DNA of 64,000 nt from Promethearchaeota archaeon (GCA_029838195.1 JALGVJ010000012.1:32001-96000); one strand, 5' to 3'; shown: positions 52,201 through 63,305, numbered from the stretch's first letter. A program made the numbers and translations. Notes: generated from the letters alone by a model not told the origin.

Positions 52201-52625
52201 TCATCTTAACTAATATTTTTTATTTTTTTTTCTCTCTTTTTTAAATATTAATTCTTTTAAGTATTGAGGTTTGAAGTTCAGAAGAGATTTTTATCATTTA
52301 TTTCATGCGGATCTTGTTCTTAATGGTTAATCAAGTATTAGACAATTTTGTGAAAATCTGGTCAATAAAAATTCTTTTAAAATAAATCCCTTGAATTAAA
52401 AAAAAGATTCTTAAATGGGTTAATTAAAAAAAAAATCGCTTTTTAACTTAGAGAGCCTCTCTTAGTTAGTTAATTAGGAAGGAAGTAGACTCATCATTAA
52501 TTTATTATTTAAATTCAAAATTAGTTTGAAAAGCCTTAATTTATTTCATATGAATAAATATAATGGGAAAAAAATATCAAATTATTTTTTCATTTATTAA
52601 TTCCCCTGGTTTCTATAAACCATTT

Positions 52626-54422
52626 TTATTGCTGCTCATATGCTCTTTCCAATGCCCTTGCAAATGCTCTGCTAAATGCTCTCGCAAATGCTTGTTCAAA
52701 CGCCCTTGCAAATGCTCTGCTAAATGCAATTTCCCAATTTATTGATATTTCTTCCTCTCCTTCTTGGGTTTCAGATAACCCATAAATTGTATTATAGAAA
52801 GTTGCACTTGTTTCCGAGGTATTTGCCCGATTTGCAGTAGAATTATAGGAAATATCAATCCACACCGGTGAGGGCCCTCCAAATTGAAGTTTTTGAAGTT
52901 TTAATTCATCATAATTATTAGTGCACGATATTGTGATGTTCAATAGGATCATGTTTGTTGAATCATTCATCCATATATCAAGATAGACTAACGCATTATT
53001 GAGCTCATTCTCAATTGGTAAATAATGAAAACCGGCAAATAAAACATGAGTATCTTGACGAACATCACAAATAATTTTGATTTGAAAATCTCCTTCGGCA
53101 CCAAATGGATTAATGACAAATTCATTATTTCGTCCATTAATTACGGTAGAATTTTTATAAAATATAACGATATCCTCTGGTTCCATGAAATCTGCCACGC
53201 TATATTTATGAAGATATTTTAAAACTCCATTGCTAAAATATTCCAGGTAAACATAACTATTATTTATTGTATTATATATCTTTATATAATTTTCCCCCGT
53301 ATCCACGGCGTCCACGTATGGTGAATTATCCGCATAATCTTGCCAATGGTTCTCTACATCGTATCCCCTTGTTCCTTTAGGTAGTAAAAAGAAACTGGGT
53401 CCTTGATTCTCTATAATTGTCATTGGATCATTATCATTTGCCCTCCCGATAGGAATGAAATCTTCTTGTTGCCATTTATGCTCGCTACCATCCCAGTATG
53501 TAATATTTGCCCATACTTCTTGATAAGTAAGGGGTTCGTTTTCTTGAATGATGGTAGTTTCATTTATTTTCATGATCTCGGATCTCAACTCGACATAATC
53601 TCGTCCAAGATATAATAAATCGCCAACATTTAAAGCCCATTGGGTATCATTCAAGGGATTAAAATCGCTAATTCGTTCATATCTAATTTTTGCTTTTTCA
53701 GATCCATGATATACATGTATTTCTCCAAAAATGAGAATTCCATTTATATCATAGGTCATGTTAGCATAAGTATCCATGTCAGTATTTGTATAATTAATGT
53801 TCCAGTAAGTGCTCCCATCTGTTTTAGTGTAAACATCCGTTGTTGAAGCTGTTCCATTACTTAGCGTGTGATTATAATAAGGATAAAGGAGCTCTGCACA
53901 ATAAACCATATCTGGTTTATTAGTTGTTCCGTTAATCGGTATGAAAGGATTCACTTCTATTTGCCTTCCTTCTTCAGGACCTTCAGGATTTAAGGGAAAC
54001 ATTAGCGGGAGAGGATACACATCCGTATAGTTTACTAACGAGACATTGATTAATGGGTAATTGGGTAGCACGTTTCGCAATGGTTCTAATCCCGGCGTGG
54101 ATAAATTTGCATTCCAAAACAAGCGATCTAATACAATTCCATACGCATCAAATTTATTTGTATCAAATGCCAAGCCATCTTCTATAAGCTTAATCTCCGA
54201 GATGTTATATATTAAATCCCGTACTCTTGGCCCACTTCCTTCAAGAATTGTCGCGCGCCAACCAATTGTAGTATTCACATCAAAACCCCAATAAGGATGA
54301 GGACGCGGAAGGGGAGGAGCTGGCTCCATTTGAGTATCTGCTTTTATGTCCACGAAGAGCCAAGAGGAAGAAATTAGGATGATTGAACAAAATAAAATTA
54401 ATTGAACTTTGGTCATTCGCAA
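52626..54422 (-). CDS. Secreted/surface protein with AFxR-repeat C-terminus
   Basis: N-terminal signal peptide, N/T/Y-rich body with many NxT/S sites, and a repetitive tail. Confidence 0.8.
   Translation of the reverse strand: MRMTKVQLILFCSIILISSSWLFVDIKADTQMEPAPPLPRPHPYWGFDVNTTIGWRATILEGSGPRVRDLIYNISEIKLIEDGLAFDTNKFDAYGIVLDRLFWNANLSTPGLEPLRNVLPNYPLINVSLVNYTDVYPLPLMFPLNPEGPEEGRQIEVNPFIPINGTTNKPDMVYCAELLYPYYNHTLSNGTASTTDVYTKTDGSTYWNINYTNTDMDTYANMTYDINGILIFGEIHVYHGSEKAKIRYERISDFNPLNDTQWALNVGDLLYLGRDYVELRSEIMKINETTIIQENEPLTYQEVWANITYWDGSEHKWQQEDFIPIGRANDNDPMTIIENQGPSFFLLPKGTRGYDVENHWQDYADNSPYVDAVDTGENYIKIYNTINNSYVYLEYFSNGVLKYLHKYSVADFMEPEDIVIFYKNSTVINGRNNEFVINPFGAEGDFQIKIICDVRQDTHVLFAGFHYLPIENELNNALVYLDIWMNDSTNMILLNITISCTNNYDELKLQKLQFGGPSPVWIDISYNSTANRANTSETSATFYNTIYGLSETQEGEEEISINWEIAFSRAFARAFEQAFARAFSRAFARALERAYEQQ
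52632..52727 (-). repeat. 12-bp-periodic coding repeat (8 tetrapeptide units)
   Basis: AFSR AFAR AFEQ AFAR AFSR AFAR ALER AYEQ. An exact 26-bp sequence occurs at 52654 and 52702. Confidence 0.9.
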
Positions 54423-54869
54423 AATTATATTTCACCTAATTTATAAGAATGATATATAATTATGAGTTATTCAAGAAAGACCTTTTAAAAAGGTTTTGAT
54501 TCAAATATGCTCTATAGTAAAAATAGTTTTAAACTCGCAAATATAATGGAATCCCGATTTGAGACTGATATTGTACATTAAATTCAAAATCATTTGTGAG
54601 GCTCTTTTATTCATTCAATAATCAATCCACCTAAAAGAAAGAATGGAGAGAAAAATTAATTATTACTTTTTTTATACTCTCTCGAATTTTCAAGAACAAA
54701 ATCCCTCTTTTATTTTACTTACTTTTAATTTATTCAAGGCTGTAATTTTTTGGAAAAAATAGGATTTTTGTATTAAAATTTATATCATTTAATTTCGAAA
54801 TACATATTAAAGAAAAGTTTTCATCACGATTCATGGTAATAATTTATTAAAATAAAAGGAGGGATTTAG

Positions 54870-56507
54870 ATGGCTGAAGCAAGTTGTTTTTTAATTAAGA
54901 ATGGAAAGATTATTGATGGAACGGGAAATCCATGGTTTTATTCCGATATATTAATTGAAGATGGAAAAATAAAAGCAATTGCTCCAAGGATTCAGAATCG
55001 TGAAGCTGAACAGATAATAGATGCTTCAAGGTTAATAGTGTGTCCTGGATTTATTGACATTCATACTCATTCGGATTATACAATTCTAATTAGTAGAGGA
55101 GAAAATGTGTTAGCTCAAGGAGTGACTACTCATGTTGTAGGAAATTGTGGTTTTTCCTTAACTCCCTTGCATCCAACCCTACTTAAAGATGATAAGAGCT
55201 TGGAAGCATTTAGGAACATGTTAGGTATATTAGAACAAGATGTTAATTATTTTACATTGGATGAGTATTTGGAGGATGCTAAAAAGAGAGGAATTCCCGT
55301 TAATTTAGTGCCCATGATTGGACATAGTACGATTAGAATGAATGCCATGGGACTTGAGAATAGAAAGCCTTCTACTGAAGAGTTAACCCTCATGAAAAAC
55401 ATTCTAAAAGAGGAATTAGAGAGAGGAGCTTTTGGTCTATCTACGGGGTTAGATTATCCACCGGGCTCTTTTGCGAAGACAGAGGAAATCATAGAATTAT
55501 GTAAGGTGGTAAAGGAATATAATGGACTTTATGCTACTCATATTAGAGGTTTCGCATTTGGTTTGATCAAAGCTACTAAAGAAGCGATTAAAATAGCTGA
55601 CACCGGCGTTCCCGTGGAAATTAATCACTTCAAGCCTTTTGGTTTCTGGAGAGGGAAAGGGAAAATAAAGCGAGCTCAAGAATTAGTAGAAAAAGCCCGT
55701 GAGAGCGGCTTAGATATTAATTTTGACGTGTTTCCTCATGCGTCCAACTCCACCTTTTTATTTGCCATGATACCCCCATGGATTTATTTATCTGAAGAAA
55801 AGGTAGATATTCCGAGGGCAGTGGAGTTCTTGAAAAAATCGAGAACAGATACAAACTTGAAAGAAAAAATATATAAAGAAATGAACGTTATTGCGAGGAG
55901 TTTTCTGGATATAACGGATGAGGAGGGATGGAAAAAGGTTTTCATAAATGCCCCAAATAGCAAACGGTATAATGGACGTTCTGTATTCCAAAATGCGAGA
56001 GAATACAATATGGATCCTAGGGAAGTAATCATTGATGTATTAATTGAACAAAATGGAGCGGTTAGCGGTACTTATTTATCCATAATTCCAAAGGATAATA
56101 TTCTTACAATAACGCATCCTTTAACCATGTATGCGTCGGACGGGAGAATAATTCCAGAAGAGCAGGCCGGCTATTTTCCCAACCCTTATTGCAATGGCAC
56201 ATTTACACGTATTTTGAGTAAGTACGTGAGAGAAGAAAAATTGTTGCCTTTACATGATGCAATTAGAAGAATGACTTCATATCCGGCTCAAAAACTAAAT
56301 TTAAAAGATAGAGGCTTATTAAGAGAAGGTTCATGGGCAGATATAGCCATTTTTGACCCGCATGAAGTAATAGATAAAGCCACGTATGAAGAACCGCGAC
56401 TATATTCGGTAGGCATACATTACGTTTTTGTAAATGGCAAGCCCGCAATTTTTAATAAAGAATTCACGGGGATTAAAGCAGGCATGCCCATTAAGAGACC
56501 CACGTGA
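54870..56507 (+). CDS. N-acyl-D-amino-acid deacylase
   Basis: IDGTG, DIHTHSD, GNCG, STGLDY, HIR and ASDG motifs. SD GGAGG upstream. Confidence 0.88.
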   Translation: MAEASCFLIKNGKIIDGTGNPWFYSDILIEDGKIKAIAPRIQNREAEQIIDASRLIVCPGFIDIHTHSDYTILISRGENVLAQGVTTHVVGNCGFSLTPLHPTLLKDDKSLEAFRNMLGILEQDVNYFTLDEYLEDAKKRGIPVNLVPMIGHSTIRMNAMGLENRKPSTEELTLMKNILKEELERGAFGLSTGLDYPPGSFAKTEEIIELCKVVKEYNGLYATHIRGFAFGLIKATKEAIKIADTGVPVEINHFKPFGFWRGKGKIKRAQELVEKARESGLDINFDVFPHASNSTFLFAMIPPWIYLSEEKVDIPRAVEFLKKSRTDTNLKEKIYKEMNVIARSFLDITDEEGWKKVFINAPNSKRYNGRSVFQNAREYNMDPREVIIDVLIEQNGAVSGTYLSIIPKDNILTITHPLTMYASDGRIIPEEQAGYFPNPYCNGTFTRILSKYVREEKLLPLHDAIRRMTSYPAQKLNLKDRGLLREGSWADIAIFDPHEVIDKATYEEPRLYSVGIHYVFVNGKPAIFNKEFTGIKAGMPIKRPT

Positions 56508-56525
56508 ATTTATAAGAAGACTTTT

Positions 56526-57065
56526 TTAAAGCCCTTTATTAAGAAAATACCATAAAAAAGCAACGACTACATACGTATTTCTGATCTTTCCGGCTCTCAA
56601 AAGATTTTTAACATCCTTTTCCGTTGCGAACTCTATTTCAATGATTTCATTGAGGTCAAAATCAGGGGAACCTTTCTCCCCCAATCTTCCTAAAAAAGTA
56701 TGGCATTTATTATTCATGATGGCGGGATTTCCGTCAACGGACCCAATCCTTGTTAATGATGTCAGCTTATATCCCGTTTCTTCTTTTAGTTCCCGTCTTG
56801 CAGCTTTTTCAGGTGTTTCTCCTGCTTCCATGCAGCCACCTGGAATTTCAATTTCTATCTCATCATTTCCAAATCTAAATTGTTTAATCAATAAGATTTT
56901 ATCATTTTCATCCAAAGCAATAACATTCACCCAATTGGGCACGTCGATGACATTTGCTATAACTTTTCTATGATCTCTCGGGTGAATGTATTCTTTTTCT
57001 AAAATATTAAATGGTGGCGTGCTTAAAATTTGACAAGATTTTAATAGCGTCCATTTTTTTATCAT
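56526..57065 (-). CDS. NUDIX hydrolase (ADP-ribose pyrophosphatase-like)
   Basis: Nudix box GCMEAGETPEKAARRELKEETGY, plus QFR. Confidence 0.9.
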   Translation of the reverse strand: MIKKWTLLKSCQILSTPPFNILEKEYIHPRDHRKVIANVIDVPNWVNVIALDENDKILLIKQFRFGNDEIEIEIPGGCMEAGETPEKAARRELKEETGYKLTSLTRIGSVDGNPAIMNNKCHTFLGRLGEKGSPDFDLNEIIEIEFATEKDVKNLLRAGKIRNTYVVVAFLWYFLNKGL

Positions 57066-57273
57066 AGCATTTATTCAACCTCAAGCTGGTGAGTAGGTAA
57101 ATGCTTTAAGATTCATTAAATTTGCCCTTAAGATGATCCTTAAAATTTTATGGGGTGTATTATAAAATTTGGAAAATTTGAATTTTTTTTTCAGAGAGAT
57201 TCATGGGGATACATATTATTAATTTATTTATATATCTTCTTAAAACCTTTAGAATGGAGTGATATTATAATTC

Positions 57274-57480
57274 ATGGTCGATGTTGTCAAATTATTCCGT
57301 CCTATTTTAACCTTACAAGCTAAAAGAAAGCGGAACCGATTAAAAGAAATCCTCAATAGCTCGTTGGACTTCATGGAATCGATTCAAAAACAAGAGCTTA
57401 AACCTTTAGAAGGCACGTTTACCTATCATCGTCCTCTTGATTATTTGGGATGTTCTTTTCATCTTTTTTCTTGCTTTTAA
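57274..57480 (+). CDS. Short hypothetical ORF or gene remnant
   Basis: 68 aa, intergenic, with SD-like GGAGTGA upstream. No motif recognised. Confidence 0.3.
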   Translation: MVDVVKLFRPILTLQAKRKRNRLKEILNSSLDFMESIQKQELKPLEGTFTYHRPLDYLGCSFHLFSCF

Positions 57481-57583
57481 CCGTATTTACCTTCCAAACC
57501 ATGCCAAAAAAAAATAATGAAATAGTTAAAATGAGAGACAACTTTTTTCAACCCAATTCAAAAAATAGTAATTTTTAGTTAAC

Positions 57584-59542
57584 CTACATGCGTGAAGCGC
57601 AGTTAAAATGGCTTCTATTTATCCAAACAGTCATTTCTCCCGCGCCCCGATGGGCCCAAGCATAATATGGAATAGCAATAAAGTCATGTTCTTTTTTAGA
57701 AGTTCCATTTTCCTGATAATTTAGCTTACCTTTAATTATTTTAATACCATTCAATAAATCTTTTCTAAATTCGGAAGTCAACCCGTTAGAATCAGGTAAA
57801 AATGCGTTTTCAAAATCTTTAAAATGGTTATCAGGCCATTCTAAGCAATATACTAAAGGTCCTCGTTCGAGAGCAACTTTTCCTAAATTAAATTTCACTT
57901 TCTCATTGGATATAACTCTTCTTGTGGGCATAGACATCAATATTCCAATTTGATCTCCTTTTTTCCATTCTCTGGAAAGAATGGCATATCCATTCTCAGA
58001 ATTATAATCCATTTTTTTTCCATTTACCTTGATGATGACATTTTGAGTGTTAGTTTCCAGATAATGGTATAAATCACTTGGCACGGGGTTATTTTTTGCC
58101 CAACCGGGAATTCTTAGTGCTATATCGAAAGAAGTTTGGTGACTTGGATTAATTTTAAAATTAATCTTCCCTTCCCATGGATAATTTGTTTCTTGAATTA
58201 TTGAAAGAGAAATGTTATCAGAAATTGCAAAAGTAGCTTTACTATTAATATAGAGATTAATAAATAACCGATCATTCATAAGAGCATACACGTAGCCTGA
58301 GATCATGGGAATGAAACGAGTTATATTAGATGGACAACAAGCGCATGAATACCACGGCCGCCTTTTGTCATTACCCTTGGATGCTAAAGGATTCGTGTAA
58401 AAAAATCTCTTTCCATCTAGAGAATATCCCGCCAGAAATCCGTTATATAAGGTGCGTTCTAACACGTCTATATATTTTGAATCTCCATGTAATAAGAATA
58501 AGCGATGACTCCAAAAAATTAAACCGATAGCCGCACAAGTTTCGTTATAAGCATCTAAATTCGGCAAGTGATATGCTTTTCCAAATGCTTCTCCAATGGG
58601 TTCATTACCAACACCACCAGTTATATACAATTTTCTAAAAACAACATCTTGCCATAATTTTTCATGAATTTTGATATATTCTTTAGTATTTGTTAAAACA
58701 CCCACATCTAATATGGCACAATACATGTATAAAGCGCGAACTGCGTGGCCGATAGCTTCTTCTTGTTCAATAACTTTCGCATGAGTTTGGTTATATTTAA
58801 ATCGATCTTCTCCTTTCCAAGGGAATTGATTTTTTGATCTTTCAATATATTCATGATAACCTTTTCTTTGTTTATCTCCTCGAATTTCTAAGAAAAATTT
58901 TGCTAAATCTAAATATTTTTTCTCCCCCATTTGCCCGAATAATTTCACCAATCCAATTTCAATTTCTTGATGTCCTGGAGGACTCTCAATTTTTCCGCGG
59001 CCAAATTCTTTAGCTACTAAATTAGCATTTTTGATAGCTTCATTCAATAAAGTTGATTTACCCGTTGCTTTAAAATGAGCTACAGCAGCTTCATATAAAT
59101 GTCCCACATTATATAATTCATGACTAAAAATAGAAACCAATTCCCAACGCTTCTTGCCGGCCCAAGGATGAGGATTATGGGAATTTATAGTTCGATTAGT
59201 ATATAAATATCCATCATCTTCTTGAGCGGCAGCAATTTTTTCAATAATATCATCAACCTTTCTTTCTAAATTGGGATCGGCTTGAGTTTTTAAAACATGC
59301 GCCGCTCCTTCTAAGATTTTATACACATCAGAATCATCAAAAGGAAATTTAGAAGTTTTCCCTCCTTTTTTTAAACCTCCCGCAATGGCAAAATTATCAA
59401 TCCTATGGGTTTTTTCACACTTGTTCAAAACATGAGATAGCGTTTTTTCACGGTGAATTTTAATTCGTGGAGCCCAAAATCCCCCCGTTATTTCTACCTC
59501 ATGAAAAGGAATGGCTGTTATTGGATAATCTGAATGTTTCAT
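57584..59542 (-). CDS. GH127 beta-L-arabinofuranosidase-like glycosidase
   Basis: DSDVYK, HELY, GHQE, GHAVR, ETCA and CACCPSN motifs. Confidence 0.9.
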   Translation of the reverse strand: MKHSDYPITAIPFHEVEITGGFWAPRIKIHREKTLSHVLNKCEKTHRIDNFAIAGGLKKGGKTSKFPFDDSDVYKILEGAAHVLKTQADPNLERKVDDIIEKIAAAQEDDGYLYTNRTINSHNPHPWAGKKRWELVSIFSHELYNVGHLYEAAVAHFKATGKSTLLNEAIKNANLVAKEFGRGKIESPPGHQEIEIGLVKLFGQMGEKKYLDLAKFFLEIRGDKQRKGYHEYIERSKNQFPWKGEDRFKYNQTHAKVIEQEEAIGHAVRALYMYCAILDVGVLTNTKEYIKIHEKLWQDVVFRKLYITGGVGNEPIGEAFGKAYHLPNLDAYNETCAAIGLIFWSHRLFLLHGDSKYIDVLERTLYNGFLAGYSLDGKRFFYTNPLASKGNDKRRPWYSCACCPSNITRFIPMISGYVYALMNDRLFINLYINSKATFAISDNISLSIIQETNYPWEGKINFKINPSHQTSFDIALRIPGWAKNNPVPSDLYHYLETNTQNVIIKVNGKKMDYNSENGYAILSREWKKGDQIGILMSMPTRRVISNEKVKFNLGKVALERGPLVYCLEWPDNHFKDFENAFLPDSNGLTSEFRKDLLNGIKIIKGKLNYQENGTSKKEHDFIAIPYYAWAHRGAGEMTVWINRSHFNCASRM

Positions 59543-59989
59543 GCATGTTTTCTCCAGGAAAAATTAATTTTTAATAAAAATAATGAAATTTTACAGGGGA
59601 AACGGTTATTGAAATAAAAATTTATTGTTTTAGTCAATAAGAACATGGTATATATTAATAAATTAAATGAGTAAAAATTTTGACCCGTTTTAATTTTTAG
59701 GATCCTACAGAAAATTTCAGTTTTCTGAGAAATTAATTTTATATCCTCAGGATATATAAAAATTACCGTGAAATTTCGGTTTCACGAATCCAAGGGAAAA
59801 ATTATTAAAAATTCAAGGTTAACAAAAATTCGATTCAAGGACTCCTTTTCTTCTTATTAAAAAAAGAGAGTTAAAATCAAGTAGTTTATTTTCATTATCA
59901 CAAGATTGAAGAAGAATAAAATATTTTCCACATTAAGATTTTAATATAGAAAGAAAAAAATGATAATTTTTTTAAACTGATGGATTCTC

Positions 59990-61012
59990 ATGCTTGAATC
60001 AGTGGAAAAAAAAAGAAAATTGCGCGGCCTTATTTTTGAAATTCAAAAGATGTCTACGGAAGATGGTCCGGGCATTCGAACTACAGTATTCTTCAAGCAA
60101 TGTCCACTAAGATGTGCCTGGTGCCATAACCCAGAATCTATATTAAAAAGAAAACAAGTAGAATGGTTTAAACACAAGTGTATTGGATGCAAAATCTGCA
60201 TTGAAACTTGTAAGCAAGGAGCCATATCGTTCACTGAAAAAGGATTACATGTAGATCATGAGAAATGTAAAGGATGTGGACGTTGCGTGGAAGAGTGCCC
60301 AAGTACTGCCTTGCACATGTTTGGCAAGGAATATACCCTTGAGGAACTTTTTCATGAGATAAATAAGGATATCGTATATTACAAAAAATCAAAGGGTGGC
60401 ATCACGGTATCAGGAGGCGAACCTACTTTACAAGCTGAATTTGTAGTTAAATTTTTAGAGAAATGCAAGGAAAATGGCATATCAACGGCGTTAGATACGT
60501 GCGGATATGCCTCTCAAAAGATATATGAAAAGATCTTACCTCATGTAGATCTTGTCTTGTATGACATAAAAGAAATTGATCCCATAAAACATCAGCAATT
60601 TACTGGGGTTTCAAACGAGTTAATTTTAGAAAATGCCATTTGGATTGCAAACTACATGAAACAAAATAATAAAACAATGTGGATTCGAACACCAATTATT
60701 CCTCGATTTACTGCTTCTGAAGAAAACATTAGAGGTATTGGTGAATTTATTGTAGAGAAATTGAATAATATTCCAGAGCGCTGGGATTTATTAAGTTTTA
60801 ATAATCTTTGTACCACTAAATATGAGAGGTTAGGAATGGACTGGTGTTTAAAAGATGAGCCATTAATGGAAAAGGAAGAAATAGAACGGTTATTTGAAAT
60901 TGCCAAGAGCACCGGCGTCAAAAATGTAAAGTGGTCGGGTTTGACTAAAAAACCAGAATATTTAGAAGAAGTAACGCAAGAAGAAAAAGCTCCAAAATTT
61001 AAATCTTGCTGA
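59990..61012 (+). CDS. Glycyl-radical enzyme activating enzyme with ferredoxin insert
   Basis: DGPGIRT, CPLRCAWCHNPE, two CxxCxxCxxxC motifs and SGGEP. Confidence 0.93.
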   Translation: MLESVEKKRKLRGLIFEIQKMSTEDGPGIRTTVFFKQCPLRCAWCHNPESILKRKQVEWFKHKCIGCKICIETCKQGAISFTEKGLHVDHEKCKGCGRCVEECPSTALHMFGKEYTLEELFHEINKDIVYYKKSKGGITVSGGEPTLQAEFVVKFLEKCKENGISTALDTCGYASQKIYEKILPHVDLVLYDIKEIDPIKHQQFTGVSNELILENAIWIANYMKQNNKTMWIRTPIIPRFTASEENIRGIGEFIVEKLNNIPERWDLLSFNNLCTTKYERLGMDWCLKDEPLMEKEEIERLFEIAKSTGVKNVKWSGLTKKPEYLEEVTQEEKAPKFKSC

Positions 61013-61206
61013 GGTTTTATTTGCCATTTTTTTTTTCACGTGAAAACGTACGAGATCCATTGCATTTAATTCGTAATTTTTTCACTTTTTTTCTTTTACA
61101 TGAATGGAAACCAATATCTATTAATTATGTGAAGTAATTATGTTATTTAAAAGAGTTAAATTGAAAACCTTTTAGTGGATAAAAAATAATCATTCGAGGA
61201 ATTAAA

Positions 61207-62091
61207 ATGGAAAAAAGAACCAAAATGAATAATTGGCTTTCTGAAGCTTCAGAAGAGGCAATCCAATTTACCCAGCCGGACATAATGCTTAAACTCATAG
61301 CGACCATAGATGAGAGAGGATGGCCACACATAACAATGATTTCAAGCAATAAAATAATTGATCCTCATACAATTGTATGGGGCGCTTTTACGGAGGGACA
61401 AAGTAAAAAGAACGTGTTAAAAAATAATAAACAAGGGATCTTTTACATGACTGCTGAGATGCCCTTTAAATTCTTACAAGTAAAAGCAGAGTTCGAAAAT
61501 ATTAAAAAAGAAGGACCTGAATTAGAGGAATTTAATAAGTCTCAATTGATGAGATACTTTACTTATGTGAGAGTACATACAGCTTATTATAATAAGATTG
61601 TAGGAGTAACAAAAGTGAGAAATTTGTCGCTAAGCGGAATCATCACGGGAATCATTAAAGACATAATTGGAAAAGGAGGTGCTAAAACAGGATTAGCGGA
61701 AAAACGTTTAAATGTCATTGGATATAGGCTATTTACGGCACCAATCGCAGTAAGAGCCCTTGCATATATAGATCCTAAAGATGGTTATCCTGTTATTATC
61801 CCTTGCATTCCATTACAAGCCGCAGATCATAATAGATTGGTTTTTCCATTGAGTTCATTGAAGAAGGATCTCTTGAAAATACCTGTTAATTCTCAGGTCG
61901 CGGTGTTTTGCATGAATTTTGATTTCGCTAACCAAGTAGTAAAGGGTCCTTATAAAGGAATAAAGAGATTTAGAGGGATTAAATTTGGCGTGATAGAAAT
62001 CGAAGAAGTTTATAATTCAGCTCCACCCGTTAGTGGGCCTGTTTATCCAAAACTGTATACCCGTCCCAAAATTTCTAAGTTTAAATACTAA
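61207..62091 (+). CDS. Tandem PNPOx-like (split-barrel) domain protein
   Basis: Two repeats, LIATIDERGWPHIT and LAYIDPKDGYPVII, plus SKKNV. Confidence 0.75.
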   Translation: MEKRTKMNNWLSEASEEAIQFTQPDIMLKLIATIDERGWPHITMISSNKIIDPHTIVWGAFTEGQSKKNVLKNNKQGIFYMTAEMPFKFLQVKAEFENIKKEGPELEEFNKSQLMRYFTYVRVHTAYYNKIVGVTKVRNLSLSGIITGIIKDIIGKGGAKTGLAEKRLNVIGYRLFTAPIAVRALAYIDPKDGYPVIIPCIPLQAADHNRLVFPLSSLKKDLLKIPVNSQVAVFCMNFDFANQVVKGPYKGIKRFRGIKFGVIEIEEVYNSAPPVSGPVYPKLYTRPKISKFKY

Positions 62092-62153
62092 CTCTTTTTT
62101 CCGATTTTTTTCCCTTGATTTAAATTTCTACTACATGATTTTTATAATTCCGC

Positions 62154-62897
62154 ATGAAGTTCAATCCTGGGCAATTTGGGTTAAAAAAATCATATTTATA
62201 TGAAGTATTGGCAACAACTTTTTCAATTCATGAAGAAACAAATCGCATTATTCCCAATACTTCTTGCATGGGAATTCGCCTCCATGAAGGAAATTTAATT
62301 CAAATGAAACCTTATCCTTCTAGCCAAACATTCAAGAATATTGAGGCAAACAACCTAATTGGTATTAATTTCGTGGATGATATTTACTTATATGCTCTGG
62401 CTGCCTTAAAAGAGCCTCATTCAAAATTTTCTATTATTCAGTTTCCTGAAATCTATTATGATTATCTTGACGTGAATGACGTCGTTAAAAATGGGAATCT
62501 GCTGAAAAGCAATTTAATAGAAAAGGTGGCGAAGTTCCCTATTCTTAAAGATGCTTGGAGTGTTCTGATCTGTAAAAAAATTCAAGAAAGTGAAGAGTTT
62601 CGAGAAGATCAAGTAGGAAAATTACGATTGAAAAATTTCTTACTTAAAATCATTTATTTCAAGAAACAAAAAGAAAGTTATAAATTATTTAATAGAGCAG
62701 AAAATTTGGTATTAGAAAATCTCATTTTAGCTACACGCTTAAAGGTTGCTCGGCAAAATAATAACGAGAAGTTGTTTCATGACCTTTACGAAAAAATAAT
62801 AACATCCATGAAAGATATCATGGGATTTTGTAAAAATAAAGAAGCACTCAAATCGCTTGATTTAATTAGGGAATATATAAATTATTGGAAGCTATAA
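62154..62897 (+). CDS. DUF447 family protein
   Basis: YEVLATT, PN...MGI, SQTFKNI and FNRA..LVLE motifs. Confidence 0.75.
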   Translation: MKFNPGQFGLKKSYLYEVLATTFSIHEETNRIIPNTSCMGIRLHEGNLIQMKPYPSSQTFKNIEANNLIGINFVDDIYLYALAALKEPHSKFSIIQFPEIYYDYLDVNDVVKNGNLLKSNLIEKVAKFPILKDAWSVLICKKIQESEEFREDQVGKLRLKNFLLKIIYFKKQKESYKLFNRAENLVLENLILATRLKVARQNNNEKLFHDLYEKIITSMKDIMGFCKNKEALKSLDLIREYINYWKL

Positions 62898-62899
62898 AT

Positions 62900-63298
62900 T
62901 TATTCTTCTAATTGCGTTATCTTTTCTATGTACATCAAGGGATAATTTAAATCTTCTTTCCATTCTACTCTTGCAATGATCCTTGTTTTTTGATATTTTA
63001 AAATAACCATTGCTTTGATGATTTCACCCGAAATTTCGTCATAATCAAAAATATCGGTTTTAGTCCCTTTTATCTTACTTTTATCTAATTCAATATTCAC
63101 GGATTCCACATGAGGTTGACAAGAAATGGCCGCTTCAATTCCTCTCTCTATTGAAGCTATTATATTTTCATTTAAAGCCACTGGAATTCCACAGAGAACA
63201 TGATAAAGTGCTCCAAGCTTAATTCCTGCTTCGAAACAAGCCCTTTCTCTTTCTGAGAGATCCGATGCAAAATACTTGTCACTTTTTTTACTTGACAT
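62900..63298 (-). CDS. mptD: Archaeal dihydroneopterin aldolase
   Basis: ERACFEAGIKLGALYH, QPHV and YPLM motifs. Confidence 0.88.
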   Translation of the reverse strand: MSSKKSDKYFASDLSERERACFEAGIKLGALYHVLCGIPVALNENIIASIERGIEAAISCQPHVESVNIELDKSKIKGTKTDIFDYDEISGEIIKAMVILKYQKTRIIARVEWKEDLNYPLMYIEKITQLEE

Positions 63299-63305
63299 GT
63301 TTACA

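Noticed and set aside
52563-52745. Cys-rich metallothionein-like ORF (CPCKCSAKC...)
   Set aside because: The Cys codons are the reverse complement of the repeated Ala GCA codons. The synonymous variation supports the minus-strand frame.
2551-61349. Numerous 60-130 aa ORFs overlapping longer genes
   Set aside because: They are antisense or alternate-frame shadows of well-supported genes, without motifs.
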